The notes: a model not told the origin generated them from the letters alone. A stretch of DNA of 64,000 nt from an uncultured Planctomycetales bacterium (GCA_964572155.1 CAZNDZ010000001.1:846290-910289), one strand, 5' to 3'. Numbered from the stretch's first letter, positions 40,246-50,503 are shown. Program-made: numbers and translations.

Positions 40246-41129
40246 TGGTCTACGAACCTCCGAGCATATACGGCATTATCGGTAATCCTTTGACGCATAG
40301 CTTGTCGCCGCTCATGCACAATGCGGCATTTAAAGCGCTGGATGTTAATGCGGTTTATAAACTTTTTCCGTTAGAAGACGCTGAAGAGCTTAAATTGTTT
40401 ATGGAAGATTTAAAGGAAGAGAATAATCCGATCTTTGGGCTCAATGTCACCGTCCCTTATAAAGAAGCGGTGATGCCCTATGTCGATACGGTTGATCCAT
40501 TTGCCAAATTAGTCGGGGCTGTTAATACGTTGGCCATTACCAATGAGCGCAAGATCATTGGCCTTAATACTGACGGGCCTGGCTTTTTAAGTCATTTACA
40601 GGAATTAAAGTTTGATCCAGAAGGCAAACGCATTGCCATTTTAGGTGCCGGTGGCACAACGCGCGCCATTTTAACGGTGTTATGCATGATTCATCCTCGA
40701 CCAGAGAGTATTAAGATTTTTAACCGCACGCCGGATAAAGCGGTGAGATTGGTCGAAGAATTGGGCACTCGCATGGATGCTAGTTTAATTGAGGTGGTTG
40801 GCAATACGGAAGATTTGAATATTGAAATTGCGGATTTGCTTATCAATACCACATCGGTTGGCTTAAAGGGAGAGACGTCGCTGTTGATCGATCCTCAAAG
40901 CATTCATCCTGATATGTTGGTTTACGATGTCATTTATAATCCCGCACAAACGTCATTGCTCAAAGCAGCGAAAGCTCAAGGTGCCACGGCTGCCAATGGC
41001 TTGGGGATGTTGTATTATCAAGGTGTCTTGGCATTCACGCATTGGGCGGGCATGGACATCGATCCAAAATATAAAAAAATCATGCGCCGCGCGCTCGAAG
41101 AAGGGTTAGATAAACAACTCCATGGTTGA
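40245..41129 (+). CDS. aroE: shikimate dehydrogenase
   Basis: …YGIIGNPLTHSLSPLMHNAAF…, …ILGAGGTTRAI…. Confidence 0.85.
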   Translation: MVYEPPSIYGIIGNPLTHSLSPLMHNAAFKALDVNAVYKLFPLEDAEELKLFMEDLKEENNPIFGLNVTVPYKEAVMPYVDTVDPFAKLVGAVNTLAITNERKIIGLNTDGPGFLSHLQELKFDPEGKRIAILGAGGTTRAILTVLCMIHPRPESIKIFNRTPDKAVRLVEELGTRMDASLIEVVGNTEDLNIEIADLLINTTSVGLKGETSLLIDPQSIHPDMLVYDVIYNPAQTSLLKAAKAQGATAANGLGMLYYQGVLAFTHWAGMDIDPKYKKIMRRALEEGLDKQLHG

Positions 41130-42117
41130 AGCCATCATTTTTGTGTTTGGTGCTATTATCGGTAGTTTCCTTAATGTGTGCATTGTGCGCATGCCCCAAG
41201 AAAAATCCATTGCTTTCCCGTCGTCACATTGTGTTTCTTGTCAGCACCCAATTGCATGGTTTGACAATATCCCATTAATCAGCTGGATGGCCTTAGGCGG
41301 TAAATGCCGTCATTGCAAAGCCAAGATATCTTTTCGATATTGGTTTGTTGAATTGTTAACAGCCTGTGTCTTTGTTTGGTTTTACAAAAGTTTTGGCCTG
41401 CAGTTGGTTTTGTTGCCATATTTATTTATGGCCGGTTGTTTTATTGTTGCGACCATGGTTGATTTAAAGCATCGCATCATCCCCGATGAAATCAGCATCG
41501 GCGGCATGTTTGCGGGCATAGCCTTTAGCGCTTTGATCCCTACATTGCATATGAAGGAATTTAATAATGTTGCCTTGTCCGGTTTTATTGCAGGTTTGAT
41601 TGTTTTGATATGTTTATTTCTCATCTTAATTTATCCAATATTCTGCAAACATTTGATTGAAGAAGAAGGATCGAATGATGACAGGGAAGTTAAGATCTTA
41701 GTGTTGTGTTCTTTGCTTGTCATTGCAGGGATTAATTTTTTTGCAGCGCAAATACCAGCGGTAATATTGCCCTATGCTTTAAGTTTGAGCTCAGCCTTGT
41801 CAGGTTTTATCATAGGCGGCGGCGTGATTTATGTGATGGGTTTGATGGGGGATATTATTTTCAAGAAAGAGAGCATGGGTGGTGGAGATGTCAAGCTCAT
41901 GGCCTTGATTGGTGCATTTTTGGGATGGAAATTAGCGGTATTAACATTCTTTATCGCGCCATTCTTCGGTGCCATCGTCGGTATTATTGAGAAAGTTCGC
42001 ACCAAAGACAGCACCATTGCCTACGGTCCATTTTTAGTTGCAGGGGCTTTGGTCAGTTTATTTTATGGCGACGCCATTATTAGTTGGATACTGCGAGGAG
42101 GTATTTATGGTTATTAG
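41122..42117 (+). CDS. prepilin (type IV leader) peptidase, A24 family
   Basis: N-terminal zinc-binding CxxC…CxxC, multi-TM, …GGGDVKLMALIGAFLGW… catalytic Asp motif. Confidence 0.8.
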   Translation: MVEAIIFVFGAIIGSFLNVCIVRMPQEKSIAFPSSHCVSCQHPIAWFDNIPLISWMALGGKCRHCKAKISFRYWFVELLTACVFVWFYKSFGLQLVLLPYLFMAGCFIVATMVDLKHRIIPDEISIGGMFAGIAFSALIPTLHMKEFNNVALSGFIAGLIVLICLFLILIYPIFCKHLIEEEGSNDDREVKILVLCSLLVIAGINFFAAQIPAVILPYALSLSSALSGFIIGGGVIYVMGLMGDIIFKKESMGGGDVKLMALIGAFLGWKLAVLTFFIAPFFGAIVGIIEKVRTKDSTIAYGPFLVAGALVSLFYGDAIISWILRGGIYGY

Positions 42118-42481
42118 AACAACATTGATACTATTAGCTATTGTTGTGGGGTGTTTTAATCAAGCAGGGGCTACACCACCGTCAGGCATTAAGTTAACCT
42201 ATGATGTAGAAAAACAAGTCCTGCATATTTCAGCAGCGCATCCATCTGAAAATATGGGGAAACATTATTTAAGACGCATTGTGATTTATAAAAACGATCA
42301 AGAGGCGGATGCACTTAATTTATCGCGACAAAAGATACCTGCCGGTTTAGAGGAAGATGTTAGTTTGGCGGCCCAAGGTGGGGATAAATTGTCGGTTGAA
42401 ATTTTCTGTTATAAGGGCGGCTCAGGGAAGGGTGAGATGACGATACCAAAAGAGGAAACTGAGGAAAAAGAAGCAAAATGA
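42107..42481 (+). CDS. small putative lipoprotein (hypothetical)
   Basis: GAGGAGG RBS before ATG 42107; signal with lipobox LAIVVGC; Glu/Lys-rich tail; no family recognised. Confidence 0.5.
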   Translation: MVIRTTLILLAIVVGCFNQAGATPPSGIKLTYDVEKQVLHISAAHPSENMGKHYLRRIVIYKNDQEADALNLSRQKIPAGLEEDVSLAAQGGDKLSVEIFCYKGGSGKGEMTIPKEETEEKEAK

Positions 42482-42990
42482 GCGCTCTTAAAAAGAACAT
42501 TGTGTTGGTTGGCATGATGGGTTCTGGAAAATCAATGATAGCCAAAGCCCTTGCAGAGCAGTTGAAGGTTAAATCTTACTCGACAGATGATCTCATTGTA
42601 CAGAAAACCAAAATGAAGATCAGAGAGATCGTCGCTAAAAAAGGTTGGGATTACTTTCGTAAGGTGGAACACGCGATCGTTCGTCGCGTTGCCTCAAAAA
42701 AAGGTGTGGTCATCGATTGTGGCGGCGGCGTTGTCTTGAATCCTGAAAATTTGAATTTGTTGCGTCTTAATGGTACGATAATTTTTTTAAAAGCATCGCC
42801 AGCGGTGATTTATAAGCGGATTAAAAATGATCCAAATCGACCTCTGGTGCACCAAGCGGACAACCCCATGGCCGTGATTAAGATGCTCTATAAACAACGT
42901 TACCCCCTGTACAGCCAAGCTGACATTACCATAAACGCTTCACGTCCTTCCATTGCCGGCCCGGTTGCACGAATTCTTAAAGCGATATAA
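42478..42990 (+). CDS. aroK: shikimate kinase
   Basis: Walker A …LVGMMGSGKSMIAKALA…, …VIDCGGGVV…. Confidence 0.8.
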   Translation: MSALKKNIVLVGMMGSGKSMIAKALAEQLKVKSYSTDDLIVQKTKMKIREIVAKKGWDYFRKVEHAIVRRVASKKGVVIDCGGGVVLNPENLNLLRLNGTIIFLKASPAVIYKRIKNDPNRPLVHQADNPMAVIKMLYKQRYPLYSQADITINASRPSIAGPVARILKAI

Positions 42991-42992
42991 AC

Positions 42993-44087
42993 ATGACCCA
43001 ACAAGAAGCTTTGCAAGTGCTTAATGCCATCCCAGGCTTAGGCGCGGTGCGCATTTTAGCGCTGATGAAACATTTTGGGGATTCCGTCGGTGTATTACAA
43101 CAGTCATATGACGGTTTGATTGAAAGCAACATCGTGCCACGCAATGTTGTTGAAAACATTATTCATTTTTCTAAGGACAAGTTTTTATCAGTTGAATATA
43201 ATCTAGGGCGTCAAAATGAAATTTCGATTGTCACCATCCTTGATGATGATTATCCAAAGATGTTACGGGAAGTCCCAGGGGCACCGGTTGTTCTTTATAT
43301 AAAGGGTCAAAAAGCATTATTGCATAGCGCCTCGGTTGCGATGGTTGGCTCGCGGGCGTATTCATATTATGGAAAAGCTCAGGCCGGACGTTTTGCTGAA
43401 AGTTTCGCCCAAGCGGGTCTGGTGGTGGTCTCTGGCATGGCGCGCGGCATTGACACATTTGCCCATCAAGGTTGCTTAAAAGCGGGGGGTTCTACCGTTG
43501 CTGTCTTAGGATGCGGCTTGAATCATCTGTATCCTAAAGAAAATAAACAGTTACAAGAGGATATTGCAAGGCAGGGTGCTGTTGTTTCCGAAATGCCACT
43601 GGATACACCGCCCATCCCAGCCAATTTTCCCAGACGCAATCGCATCATCACGGGTTTAAGTTTGGCGACTGTGGTCATCGAGGCGGGTGAAAAAAGTGGG
43701 GCTTTGATCAGTGCAGGGTATGCGTTAGAGCAAGGGCGTGAGGTTTTTGTTTTGCCTGCCAATATTGATTACCAAACTGCAAAGGGGAGTAATCAATTAT
43801 TAAAAGAAGGTGCGCAGGTGGCATTAACCCCAGCCGATGTGTTGGAAGTGTTTAAAGATCAACTTACACTTCATTTTCCTGAGATTACGCCAACGGATGC
43901 ACCAAAGCAAAAATTAGATGAGCTCGAGGCTAAAGTATATAAAATCTTAACCACAGAGCCGATGCATGCAGACATGCTGGCAGAAAAAACAAATTTGCCA
44001 ATTGGTCAAATCGCTCAAGTTGTGTTACATTTGCAGTTAAAAGAATTAGTTACGGAACTCCCAGGCAAATATTTTATAAAGGTATGA
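42993..44087 (+). CDS. dprA: DNA processing protein DprA (Smf)
   Basis: …VAMVGSRAYSYYGKAQA…VVSGMARGIDTFAHQGCL… Rossmann-like DprA core and C-terminal winged helix. Confidence 0.85.
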   Translation: MTQQEALQVLNAIPGLGAVRILALMKHFGDSVGVLQQSYDGLIESNIVPRNVVENIIHFSKDKFLSVEYNLGRQNEISIVTILDDDYPKMLREVPGAPVVLYIKGQKALLHSASVAMVGSRAYSYYGKAQAGRFAESFAQAGLVVVSGMARGIDTFAHQGCLKAGGSTVAVLGCGLNHLYPKENKQLQEDIARQGAVVSEMPLDTPPIPANFPRRNRIITGLSLATVVIEAGEKSGALISAGYALEQGREVFVLPANIDYQTAKGSNQLLKEGAQVALTPADVLEVFKDQLTLHFPEITPTDAPKQKLDELEAKVYKILTTEPMHADMLAEKTNLPIGQIAQVVLHLQLKELVTELPGKYFIKV

Positions 44088-44088
44088 T

Positions 44089-46071
44089 ATGGCAAAATCT
44101 CTAGTAATCGTCGAGTCTCCTGCAAAAATTAAAACGATCAGCAAGATCTTAGGCACAAAATATAAAGTCACTGCATCCATGGGTCATTTGATTGATTTAC
44201 CCAAATCAACTTTGGGTGTCGACATCGATCATGAATTCTTGCCGAAGTTTATTGTGGTTCGCGATAAATTCAAGACCATGACCAAGCTTAAAAAAGAAGC
44301 TAAGGAATGTGAACAAATCTTTATAGCAACTGACCCTGACCGTGAAGGTGAAGCCATTGGTTGGAATTTGATCGAGCATGTGGCCAAAGATAAAAAAGTC
44401 TTTCGTGTCGTATTCCACGAAATCACTAAAGACGCTGTTAAGAAAGCTTTTGAACACCCAAGAGAATTTGATCGTAAGAAAGTCGATGCCCAAAATGCCC
44501 GTCGCGTCTTAGACCGTATCGTGGGTTATCAAATCAGCCCTTTATTATGGAAGAAGGTAGGATCCCGCTTATCTGCAGGCCGTGTTCAGTCGGTTGCTTT
44601 ACGTCTGATTGTCGAGCGTGAAGAAGCCATACGCACCTTTGTCCCGCAAGAATACTGGCAGATTGCTGTTGATTTGCAAAAGAAGGGGATTAAAGATGTT
44701 TTGACGGCTGCTTTAGAAAAGATCGACGGTAAGAAACCTGAACTTGTTAACGAATCACAGTCAAAAAATATTGTCGGCGAAATCAAACAACAAAAGTTTG
44801 AAATCACCGCGATTAATAAAAAAGAAGTCCGTCGCAATGCGCCAGCGCCATTTATCACGTCCACCTTACAACAAGAAGCGTTCGGTAAGCTAGGTTTTAA
44901 TGCGTCGCGCACCATGATGATCGCCCAAGAATTATACGAAGGTATTGAAATTGGCGACGAAGAACCTGCGGGTTTGATCACCTACATGCGTACCGACTCA
45001 TTTAATTTAGCAGCAGAGGCCATTGATAAAGTTCGCGAACATATTAAGAAAGAATATGGCCCTAAGTTCTTGCCAGAGACTCCTAACAAATTTAAATCCA
45101 AAAAAAGTGCGCAAGAAGCGCACGAAGCCATCCGTCCGACGGATATTATGCGTCGACCGGATCAATTAAAAGATTTCTTAACGGAAGATCAATTCCGTTT
45201 ATATAATTTAATCTATAAACGTTTTATCAGTTGTCAAATGACACCGGCGGTATTCGAACAAACCAAGATTGAAATCACAGCTGGTCGTTTTCAATTTGGT
45301 GCCAATGGTTCTATTTTAGCCTTCGACGGATATCTGGCTGTGTATAAAGATAACGACGAGGAAGAAGTCTTGAAGTTAGATGCCTCGATGTATGCCAAGG
45401 GTGATCCATTGCAATTGGTAGAAGTAAAGCCGTCACAACATTTCACCAAGCCGCCTGCCCGATACTCGGAAGCTAGTTTGGTTAAGGCCTTAGAAGAACA
45501 TGGTATTGGCCGACCATCCACCTATGCGTCGATCATCTCAACCTTAGTTGCCCGCAACTATGTGCTGCGTGACCGCGGGTATTTTACCGCTACCGAACTT
45601 GGGATTAAGATCTGTAATTTATTGATCGAATATTTTAAGATCGTCATGGACATTGGCTTTACCGCCAAAATGGAAGAAGAGCTTGATTCGATTGAAGATG
45701 GCACCTACGATTATGTCAAAGTTCTAACTGACTTTTGGGGGCCGTTTAAAGTGGAATTAGAATTTGCCAATGCCAATATTCAAAAGACTCATGACACAAC
45801 CGGAAAACCATGTCCTAAATGTGGCGCGCCGTTGGCTGTTAAGTGGGGACGTCGTGGGCGCTTTATTAGTTGTACTAAATTTCCAGAATGTAAACATGCC
45901 GAGAGTTATGCTGTTGGCCATAAATGTCCTAGTGAAGGGTGTGATGGGGAATTGGTTGAACGCCGCTCAGGGCGTGGCGCAACATTTTATGGTTGCAATA
46001 AATTCCCAGAATGTAAATACATCGTCAATAAACTTCCTAAAAACGACGTGGTGCAACCCGTGGGCGCATGA
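44089..46071 (+). CDS. topA: DNA topoisomerase I (compact, two C-terminal zinc ribbons)
   Basis: TOPRIM …LVIVESPAKIKTISK…, catalytic region …GRPSTYASII…, C-terminal C4 zinc ribbons (CPKCGAPL…, CPSEGCDGEL…). Confidence 0.92.
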   Translation: MAKSLVIVESPAKIKTISKILGTKYKVTASMGHLIDLPKSTLGVDIDHEFLPKFIVVRDKFKTMTKLKKEAKECEQIFIATDPDREGEAIGWNLIEHVAKDKKVFRVVFHEITKDAVKKAFEHPREFDRKKVDAQNARRVLDRIVGYQISPLLWKKVGSRLSAGRVQSVALRLIVEREEAIRTFVPQEYWQIAVDLQKKGIKDVLTAALEKIDGKKPELVNESQSKNIVGEIKQQKFEITAINKKEVRRNAPAPFITSTLQQEAFGKLGFNASRTMMIAQELYEGIEIGDEEPAGLITYMRTDSFNLAAEAIDKVREHIKKEYGPKFLPETPNKFKSKKSAQEAHEAIRPTDIMRRPDQLKDFLTEDQFRLYNLIYKRFISCQMTPAVFEQTKIEITAGRFQFGANGSILAFDGYLAVYKDNDEEEVLKLDASMYAKGDPLQLVEVKPSQHFTKPPARYSEASLVKALEEHGIGRPSTYASIISTLVARNYVLRDRGYFTATELGIKICNLLIEYFKIVMDIGFTAKMEEELDSIEDGTYDYVKVLTDFWGPFKVELEFANANIQKTHDTTGKPCPKCGAPLAVKWGRRGRFISCTKFPECKHAESYAVGHKCPSEGCDGELVERRSGRGATFYGCNKFPECKYIVNKLPKNDVVQPVGA

Positions 46072-46928
46072 ACGCATACATAGTCAAATACCTGTCGTTT
46101 TTAGAAATTGAGAAGAATTACTCTCTACACACCATTTTAAATTACCGCCTTGATCTTGAAGAATTCGCCAAATTCGCCGGCGATGTTGCGGTCAGCTCAA
46201 TCGAATATACAACCCTGCGTCGATTTTTAGCGCACATGCGCGAATTAAAATTAAAGCCGCGCAGTGTGGCCCGTAAATTATCAAGCCTGCGATCATTCTT
46301 TAAATACCTGCAACGCGAAAAAGTCATATCCAAGAATCCAGCGGCCTTGCTTGTGACCCCAAAGCTAGATAAGCCCTTGCCACATTTTTTAAGTGAAGCC
46401 GAAGCGGTGCAATTAATAGAAGCCCCAAAGAGTGATTTAAAAGCAGACCCTAGGGATAAGGCCATTTTTGAAGTGCTTTACTCGACGGGCATGCGTGTTT
46501 CAGAATTGGTGGGGTTGGATGTGGACGACGTAGATTTTATTAGCAACATCGCCCGTGTCATGGGTAAGGGCAAGAAAGAACGCATTGTGCCTATTGGCGA
46601 TACTGCTTTAGAAACGTTAAAAAAATACATCGATACAAGGCCGCATCAATCAAAAGCCATGTTCCTTAATAAGAGCGGCACTCGATTAACCGATCGCAGT
46701 GTTCGCAACATCATCAATAAGTTCATCCTGAAAGAAGCCATGCGTCAACATGTCACCCCACACATGTTTCGCCACTCCTTTGCCACGCATCTTTTAAACA
46801 GGGGGGCTGATTTACGTTCTGTCCAAGAACTTTTAGGCCATGTCAACCTTTCCACCACTCAAATCTACACTCATTTGACCACAGATAAGCTAAAAAGCGT
46901 CTACGATAAAGCCCATCCAAGGGCCTAG
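46068..46928 (+). CDS. tyrosine recombinase XerC/XerD family
   Basis: …RHSFATHLLNRGADLRSVQELLGHVNLSTTQIYTH… catalytic R-H-R-Y box. Confidence 0.88.
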   Translation: MNAYIVKYLSFLEIEKNYSLHTILNYRLDLEEFAKFAGDVAVSSIEYTTLRRFLAHMRELKLKPRSVARKLSSLRSFFKYLQREKVISKNPAALLVTPKLDKPLPHFLSEAEAVQLIEAPKSDLKADPRDKAIFEVLYSTGMRVSELVGLDVDDVDFISNIARVMGKGKKERIVPIGDTALETLKKYIDTRPHQSKAMFLNKSGTRLTDRSVRNIINKFILKEAMRQHVTPHMFRHSFATHLLNRGADLRSVQELLGHVNLSTTQIYTHLTTDKLKSVYDKAHPRA

Positions 46929-46948
46929 GCCTCCAAAAGGGGGTCGCC

Positions 46949-46977
46949 TTGACAGTCTATATATAATATGGCATACT
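46949..46977 (+). promoter_or_regulatory. candidate sigma70 promoter for paralog 4: TTGACA-17 nt-CATACT
   Basis: Perfect -35 at 46949-46954, 17-nt spacer, 4/6 -10 at 46972-46977, 16 nt upstream of ATG 46994. Confidence 0.35.
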
Positions 46978-46993
46978 TTACCCAGAAAACGTT

Positions 46994-49900
46994 ATGAAAA
47001 GCCCATTTGCCAAAATTGCCAATTTTACTGTTTTGCTTACATTTTTTGTGAGCACGCTTTCTATTTCTAAGCTTCAGGCTGGGGAAGTCGTTGTGCCCAT
47101 TATGCCAAAGCCGGGGACCATGGTTAGTTTAAGTCCAATCTATAGCCCTGCGTTTTTAAATGGGGTTGTGATCCATGAAGACAATGCGCTTCAATTTGAT
47201 TTCTTGATCCACAAGGGTGATGGCAATTTAGACCTTCCTCAAAAAAATGAAGAATACACCAAGCTCGTCAAATATTTCTTAGCATCCTTAACTATCCCTG
47301 ACAGCGACCAATGGGTTAACCTTTCACCCTACGAACATGATCGCATCATCAAAGATAATTTCGGCAAAACAGAAATGGGCCGCGATTTATTAGCCCAAGA
47401 TTATTTGCTCAAACAAATCACCTCGTCATTGATGTACCCTGAAAGCGGTTTAGGTAAAGAATTCTGGAACAAGGTTTACGAACGCGCCGCCCAAGAATTT
47501 GGTAACGTACAGGTTCCTGTTAACACCTTCAATAAAGTTTGGATTGTCCCAGATGAAGCGCTAGTCTACGAAAGCGGCAATACCGCCTACGTCGTTAAAA
47601 GCCATTTGAAAGTCATGTTGGAAGAAGATTATTTATCTTTAGAAAAACATTCTGCTGTAACCGAAGAGCCAAACAAGGTGCATGCGATCTCATCAAAAAT
47701 GATCCGAGAAATCATCTTGCCTGCCCTAGAAAAAGAAGTCAACGAAGGCAAAAACTTCGCCCAATTACGCCAAATCTTCTCAGGCATGGTGCTAGCCACG
47801 TGGTATAAAAAAGCGTTAAAAGAATCCATGCTCGGCAAAATCTACGCCGACAAAGCTAAAGTTATCGGTGTCAATCAAGACCCAACCAACAACGAAAAAA
47901 TCTACCAACAATACCTAGTCGCCTTCAAAAAAGGCGTCTACAACTACATCAAAGAAGACGTCGACAAATACACCAAACAAATCATCCCAAGAAAATATTT
48001 TTCAGGTGGGTTTGAGAAGAAGGATATCAAAGTTAAAACTACAACAGTTTCATCACAAGCCATGGCTTCAGTGGTTGATCCTCAAACAGATTTAGCAATG
48101 ATCAGATTAGATGCTCCTGATGCGGCGATGGCTGGTGATGGGAATGCTAAAATTAATGGCGGAGATTATGCTTTTCGAAAAGTTGTATTCGAAGAGCTTT
48201 CTGATTTAGGAAAAGATTTTTATGGTGTTGCAGGTGATGTGATTGATGTTGAGGCTAGGGTGGTTGAAGAGGGGGCTAAGCCCAGTATTAATGAGCCTAT
48301 TCTTGTTCAAAAACTTTTGGCATTAGAAGAGAAAGCAAATAAAAGCAAAGTCCCATTAAGCGTAAATGCTCAAAAAGCAATAGGTTTATACGGACAAATT
48401 CAAGCATTAGCTAAAACCAATTTGCCACCAAGCGATATTAAAGCGTTAAGTCCAGTTGCTAAAGAATTGAGTGCAAAGTTAGACGGAGAACCAAAGAAAA
48501 TTTTAGATCGAGTTTTGAGAATTTTAGGTCTTGATTCGGCGATGAATGCAAATCTGACACCGTCAGATCGACTTTATAATGATTTGAAGATTTCCTATAA
48601 GGGCATAGAGGTTGGGAAGACTTTACCTTTGACTGATGAGACGTTGAAACGAATTATAGAAACGGTGAAACCACTGAGCCCTACTCAAAAAGGTATGTTG
48701 GCTGTAGAGATGATGCGGGTTTACGCCGGAAATGAACAGAAAATTATTTCCGCGCTAGGTTTAGATAAAGCGATGTTGGGTGATTTTTTTAAGAAATTTA
48801 AGGATCGATTGATATATGGTGGATTGGATGACACTCCTGAATTAGATACTGGCGATAAGATTGGCGATAAGAAGGGAGCTATAAATGAAGTGGCTAAAGC
48901 ATATGGCTCTTCGTTTCCTTCGCAAGTTGAAGTAGCAAAGGTTATTAGATACGATCCAAAGATGCCAGTTTCACCTGAGTTAAATAAAACTTTTAAGGCT
49001 TTCGAGATGGTCGGAGGTCTAGAGTTTTGGCAAAAATTTGAAGATAGGATTAATAGGAAAGAATTACCTAATCCATTAATGATCGATGGTTTGGTTGGTC
49101 GGGAAGTAGATTTATTAGTAAAAGGTGCAGATGGTAAAGAAGAGATAATTACTCGTAAGATTTTAGGATATCAACCTAAGTCACTTAAAGAAGCTGATGG
49201 GTATATAATCAATGTTCAAGAAATAGTTTCAAAGAATGGTGAGATTGTTAGAAGGTCTGGGGAAATTGGAGCAGCAACGATTTTGCAGATTGTTGATAAG
49301 GGTGGAGCTATTAAAACCTCTACTATAAACAACTCCGTAAAGATATTAGTTGCTAAAACTCTTCTTGATCCCAACAATTCCGAAGGTGTTTGGGAAAAAG
49401 ATGACCCAACGACCGGTGTCCTTCGATTAAAGCAAGGTGTGGATATTAAGAGTGTTATAAAACAATTGCCTCTAGAATCAAATAATTTAGATGCACTAAA
49501 AACTCTAATTGATGCAGTAGAACCTAAAATAATCTATGAGATAAAATTTGGGCAAGTTATTGATATATCTTCGTTAGGACCACAGCCTAAGATTGTAAAC
49601 AGAAGTGCATCCAATAATGATGAACTACGATTGAATGATAAGGTTCTATTAACTTCAAATAGGACGGTGGCGCCACCTATAGCAACGCCAGATAAACCTT
49701 TATTAGATTATTTGCCGTTATTATCAAAAGGTTGGGATTATTCCATTAAATTTGTTGTAGATGGTCATGTTGAGAATGGACAAAAATATATGGGGCGAGA
49801 AGGGGATGTTTTTATTTTTGAGCCTATGCCTGGTATTCAAATGAGATATGCTTCTTCAAGAATTAAAGAAATTAAAGATGTTGATGGAAATCTTGTGTGG

Positions 49901-50179
49901 CCAGTAAGAGGTTTGGTTGATTCTAATAAGGCAATGATCTCTAAAGGAAAAGATTTTAACAAGGGTGGTATTGATTTGAATGGGGCTAATTTGAATTTTG
50001 AGATTAAGAGGGATGGGAAGGGTGTTCCTTTGCCTTTGCCTCAGCAGGATATGGAGTTGTTGAATAAGATTCAGGGGTTTGTGCCGACTATCATAGAGAT
50101 TAAGCCGGTTACTACTTTGCCTATGTTCAGCCAATTGCACGAAAATTCTACGTCTCAAAATCTCGCCAGTGCGTCTTAA
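46994..50179 (+). CDS. giant secreted protein, family paralog 4 (1061 aa): signal peptide, conserved N-module, long divergent middle, conserved C-tail
   Basis: Signal peptide MKSPFAKIANFTVLLTFFVSTLSISKLQAGE; N-module …WVNLSPYEHDRII…MGRDLLAQDYLLKQITSSLMYPE…NTFNKVWIVPD…RKYFSGG; tail …GGIDLNGANLNFEIKRDGKGVPLPLPQQ…VPTIIEIKP…. Confidence 0.75.
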   Translation: MKSPFAKIANFTVLLTFFVSTLSISKLQAGEVVVPIMPKPGTMVSLSPIYSPAFLNGVVIHEDNALQFDFLIHKGDGNLDLPQKNEEYTKLVKYFLASLTIPDSDQWVNLSPYEHDRIIKDNFGKTEMGRDLLAQDYLLKQITSSLMYPESGLGKEFWNKVYERAAQEFGNVQVPVNTFNKVWIVPDEALVYESGNTAYVVKSHLKVMLEEDYLSLEKHSAVTEEPNKVHAISSKMIREIILPALEKEVNEGKNFAQLRQIFSGMVLATWYKKALKESMLGKIYADKAKVIGVNQDPTNNEKIYQQYLVAFKKGVYNYIKEDVDKYTKQIIPRKYFSGGFEKKDIKVKTTTVSSQAMASVVDPQTDLAMIRLDAPDAAMAGDGNAKINGGDYAFRKVVFEELSDLGKDFYGVAGDVIDVEARVVEEGAKPSINEPILVQKLLALEEKANKSKVPLSVNAQKAIGLYGQIQALAKTNLPPSDIKALSPVAKELSAKLDGEPKKILDRVLRILGLDSAMNANLTPSDRLYNDLKISYKGIEVGKTLPLTDETLKRIIETVKPLSPTQKGMLAVEMMRVYAGNEQKIISALGLDKAMLGDFFKKFKDRLIYGGLDDTPELDTGDKIGDKKGAINEVAKAYGSSFPSQVEVAKVIRYDPKMPVSPELNKTFKAFEMVGGLEFWQKFEDRINRKELPNPLMIDGLVGREVDLLVKGADGKEEIITRKILGYQPKSLKEADGYIINVQEIVSKNGEIVRRSGEIGAATILQIVDKGGAIKTSTINNSVKILVAKTLLDPNNSEGVWEKDDPTTGVLRLKQGVDIKSVIKQLPLESNNLDALKTLIDAVEPKIIYEIKFGQVIDISSLGPQPKIVNRSASNNDELRLNDKVLLTSNRTVAPPIATPDKPLLDYLPLLSKGWDYSIKFVVDGHVENGQKYMGREGDVFIFEPMPGIQMRYASSRIKEIKDVDGNLVWPVRGLVDSNKAMISKGKDFNKGGIDLNGANLNFEIKRDGKGVPLPLPQQDMELLNKIQGFVPTIIEIKPVTTLPMFSQLHENSTSQNLASAS

Positions 50180-50219
50180 TTGGTATATTTTATTTGAAAA
50201 CTAAGCTAATGGGTGGTAT

Positions 50220-50237
50220 CCTTGTTATAGAACAAGG
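50220..50237 (+). promoter_or_regulatory. perfect 7-bp inverted repeat CCTTGTT-atag-AACAAGG abutting the vapB RBS: candidate antitoxin operator or RBS-sequestering hairpin
   Basis: Read directly; 3' arm runs into AAGGAGGA RBS; ATG at 50246. Confidence 0.4.
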
Positions 50238-50245
50238 AGGATGTT

Positions 50246-50503
50246 ATGACCATTGGTGAATCAAAAATTACTACAAAAAGACAGATAACTTTGCCGCTAA
50301 AACTTGTCCAACGATTGAAATTGAATCCAGGTGATCCCGTGATTTTCGAGGAGAAGGATGGGCATATTGAAATCACCACGCGGACGAAGTTTACCATTCA
50401 TGATTTTATCAAGAAATATCAGGGTAAGGTTAAGATCAAATTGACGGATGCAGAGCTTAAAAAAGCTAGAGAAGAAGTTTGGGGGAAAATGAGAGATTCA
50501 TGA
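50246..50503 (+). CDS. AbrB/MazE (SpoVT-AbrB fold) family antitoxin
   Basis: …ITTKRQITLPLKLVQRLKLNPGDPVIFEEKDGHIEI… swapped-hairpin DNA-binding motif; 85 aa; ATGA overlap with downstream PIN gene. Confidence 0.65.
   Translation: MTIGESKITTKRQITLPLKLVQRLKLNPGDPVIFEEKDGHIEITTRTKFTIHDFIKKYQGKVKIKLTDAELKKAREEVWGKMRDS

Noticed and set aside
42038-42106. Track start at 42038 for the small lipoprotein ORF (147 aa), overlapping pilD by 80 nt
   Set aside because: A GAGGAGG RBS precedes the internal ATG at 42107, which begins the signal peptide (MVIRTTLILLAIVVGC…); the longer start has no RBS and its N-terminus is hydrophilic.
46923-46932. GGCCTAGGCC 10-bp palindrome at the xerC/D stop codon
   Set aside because: Too short and isolated to call a recombination site or terminator; no flanking dif-like 28-mer recognised.
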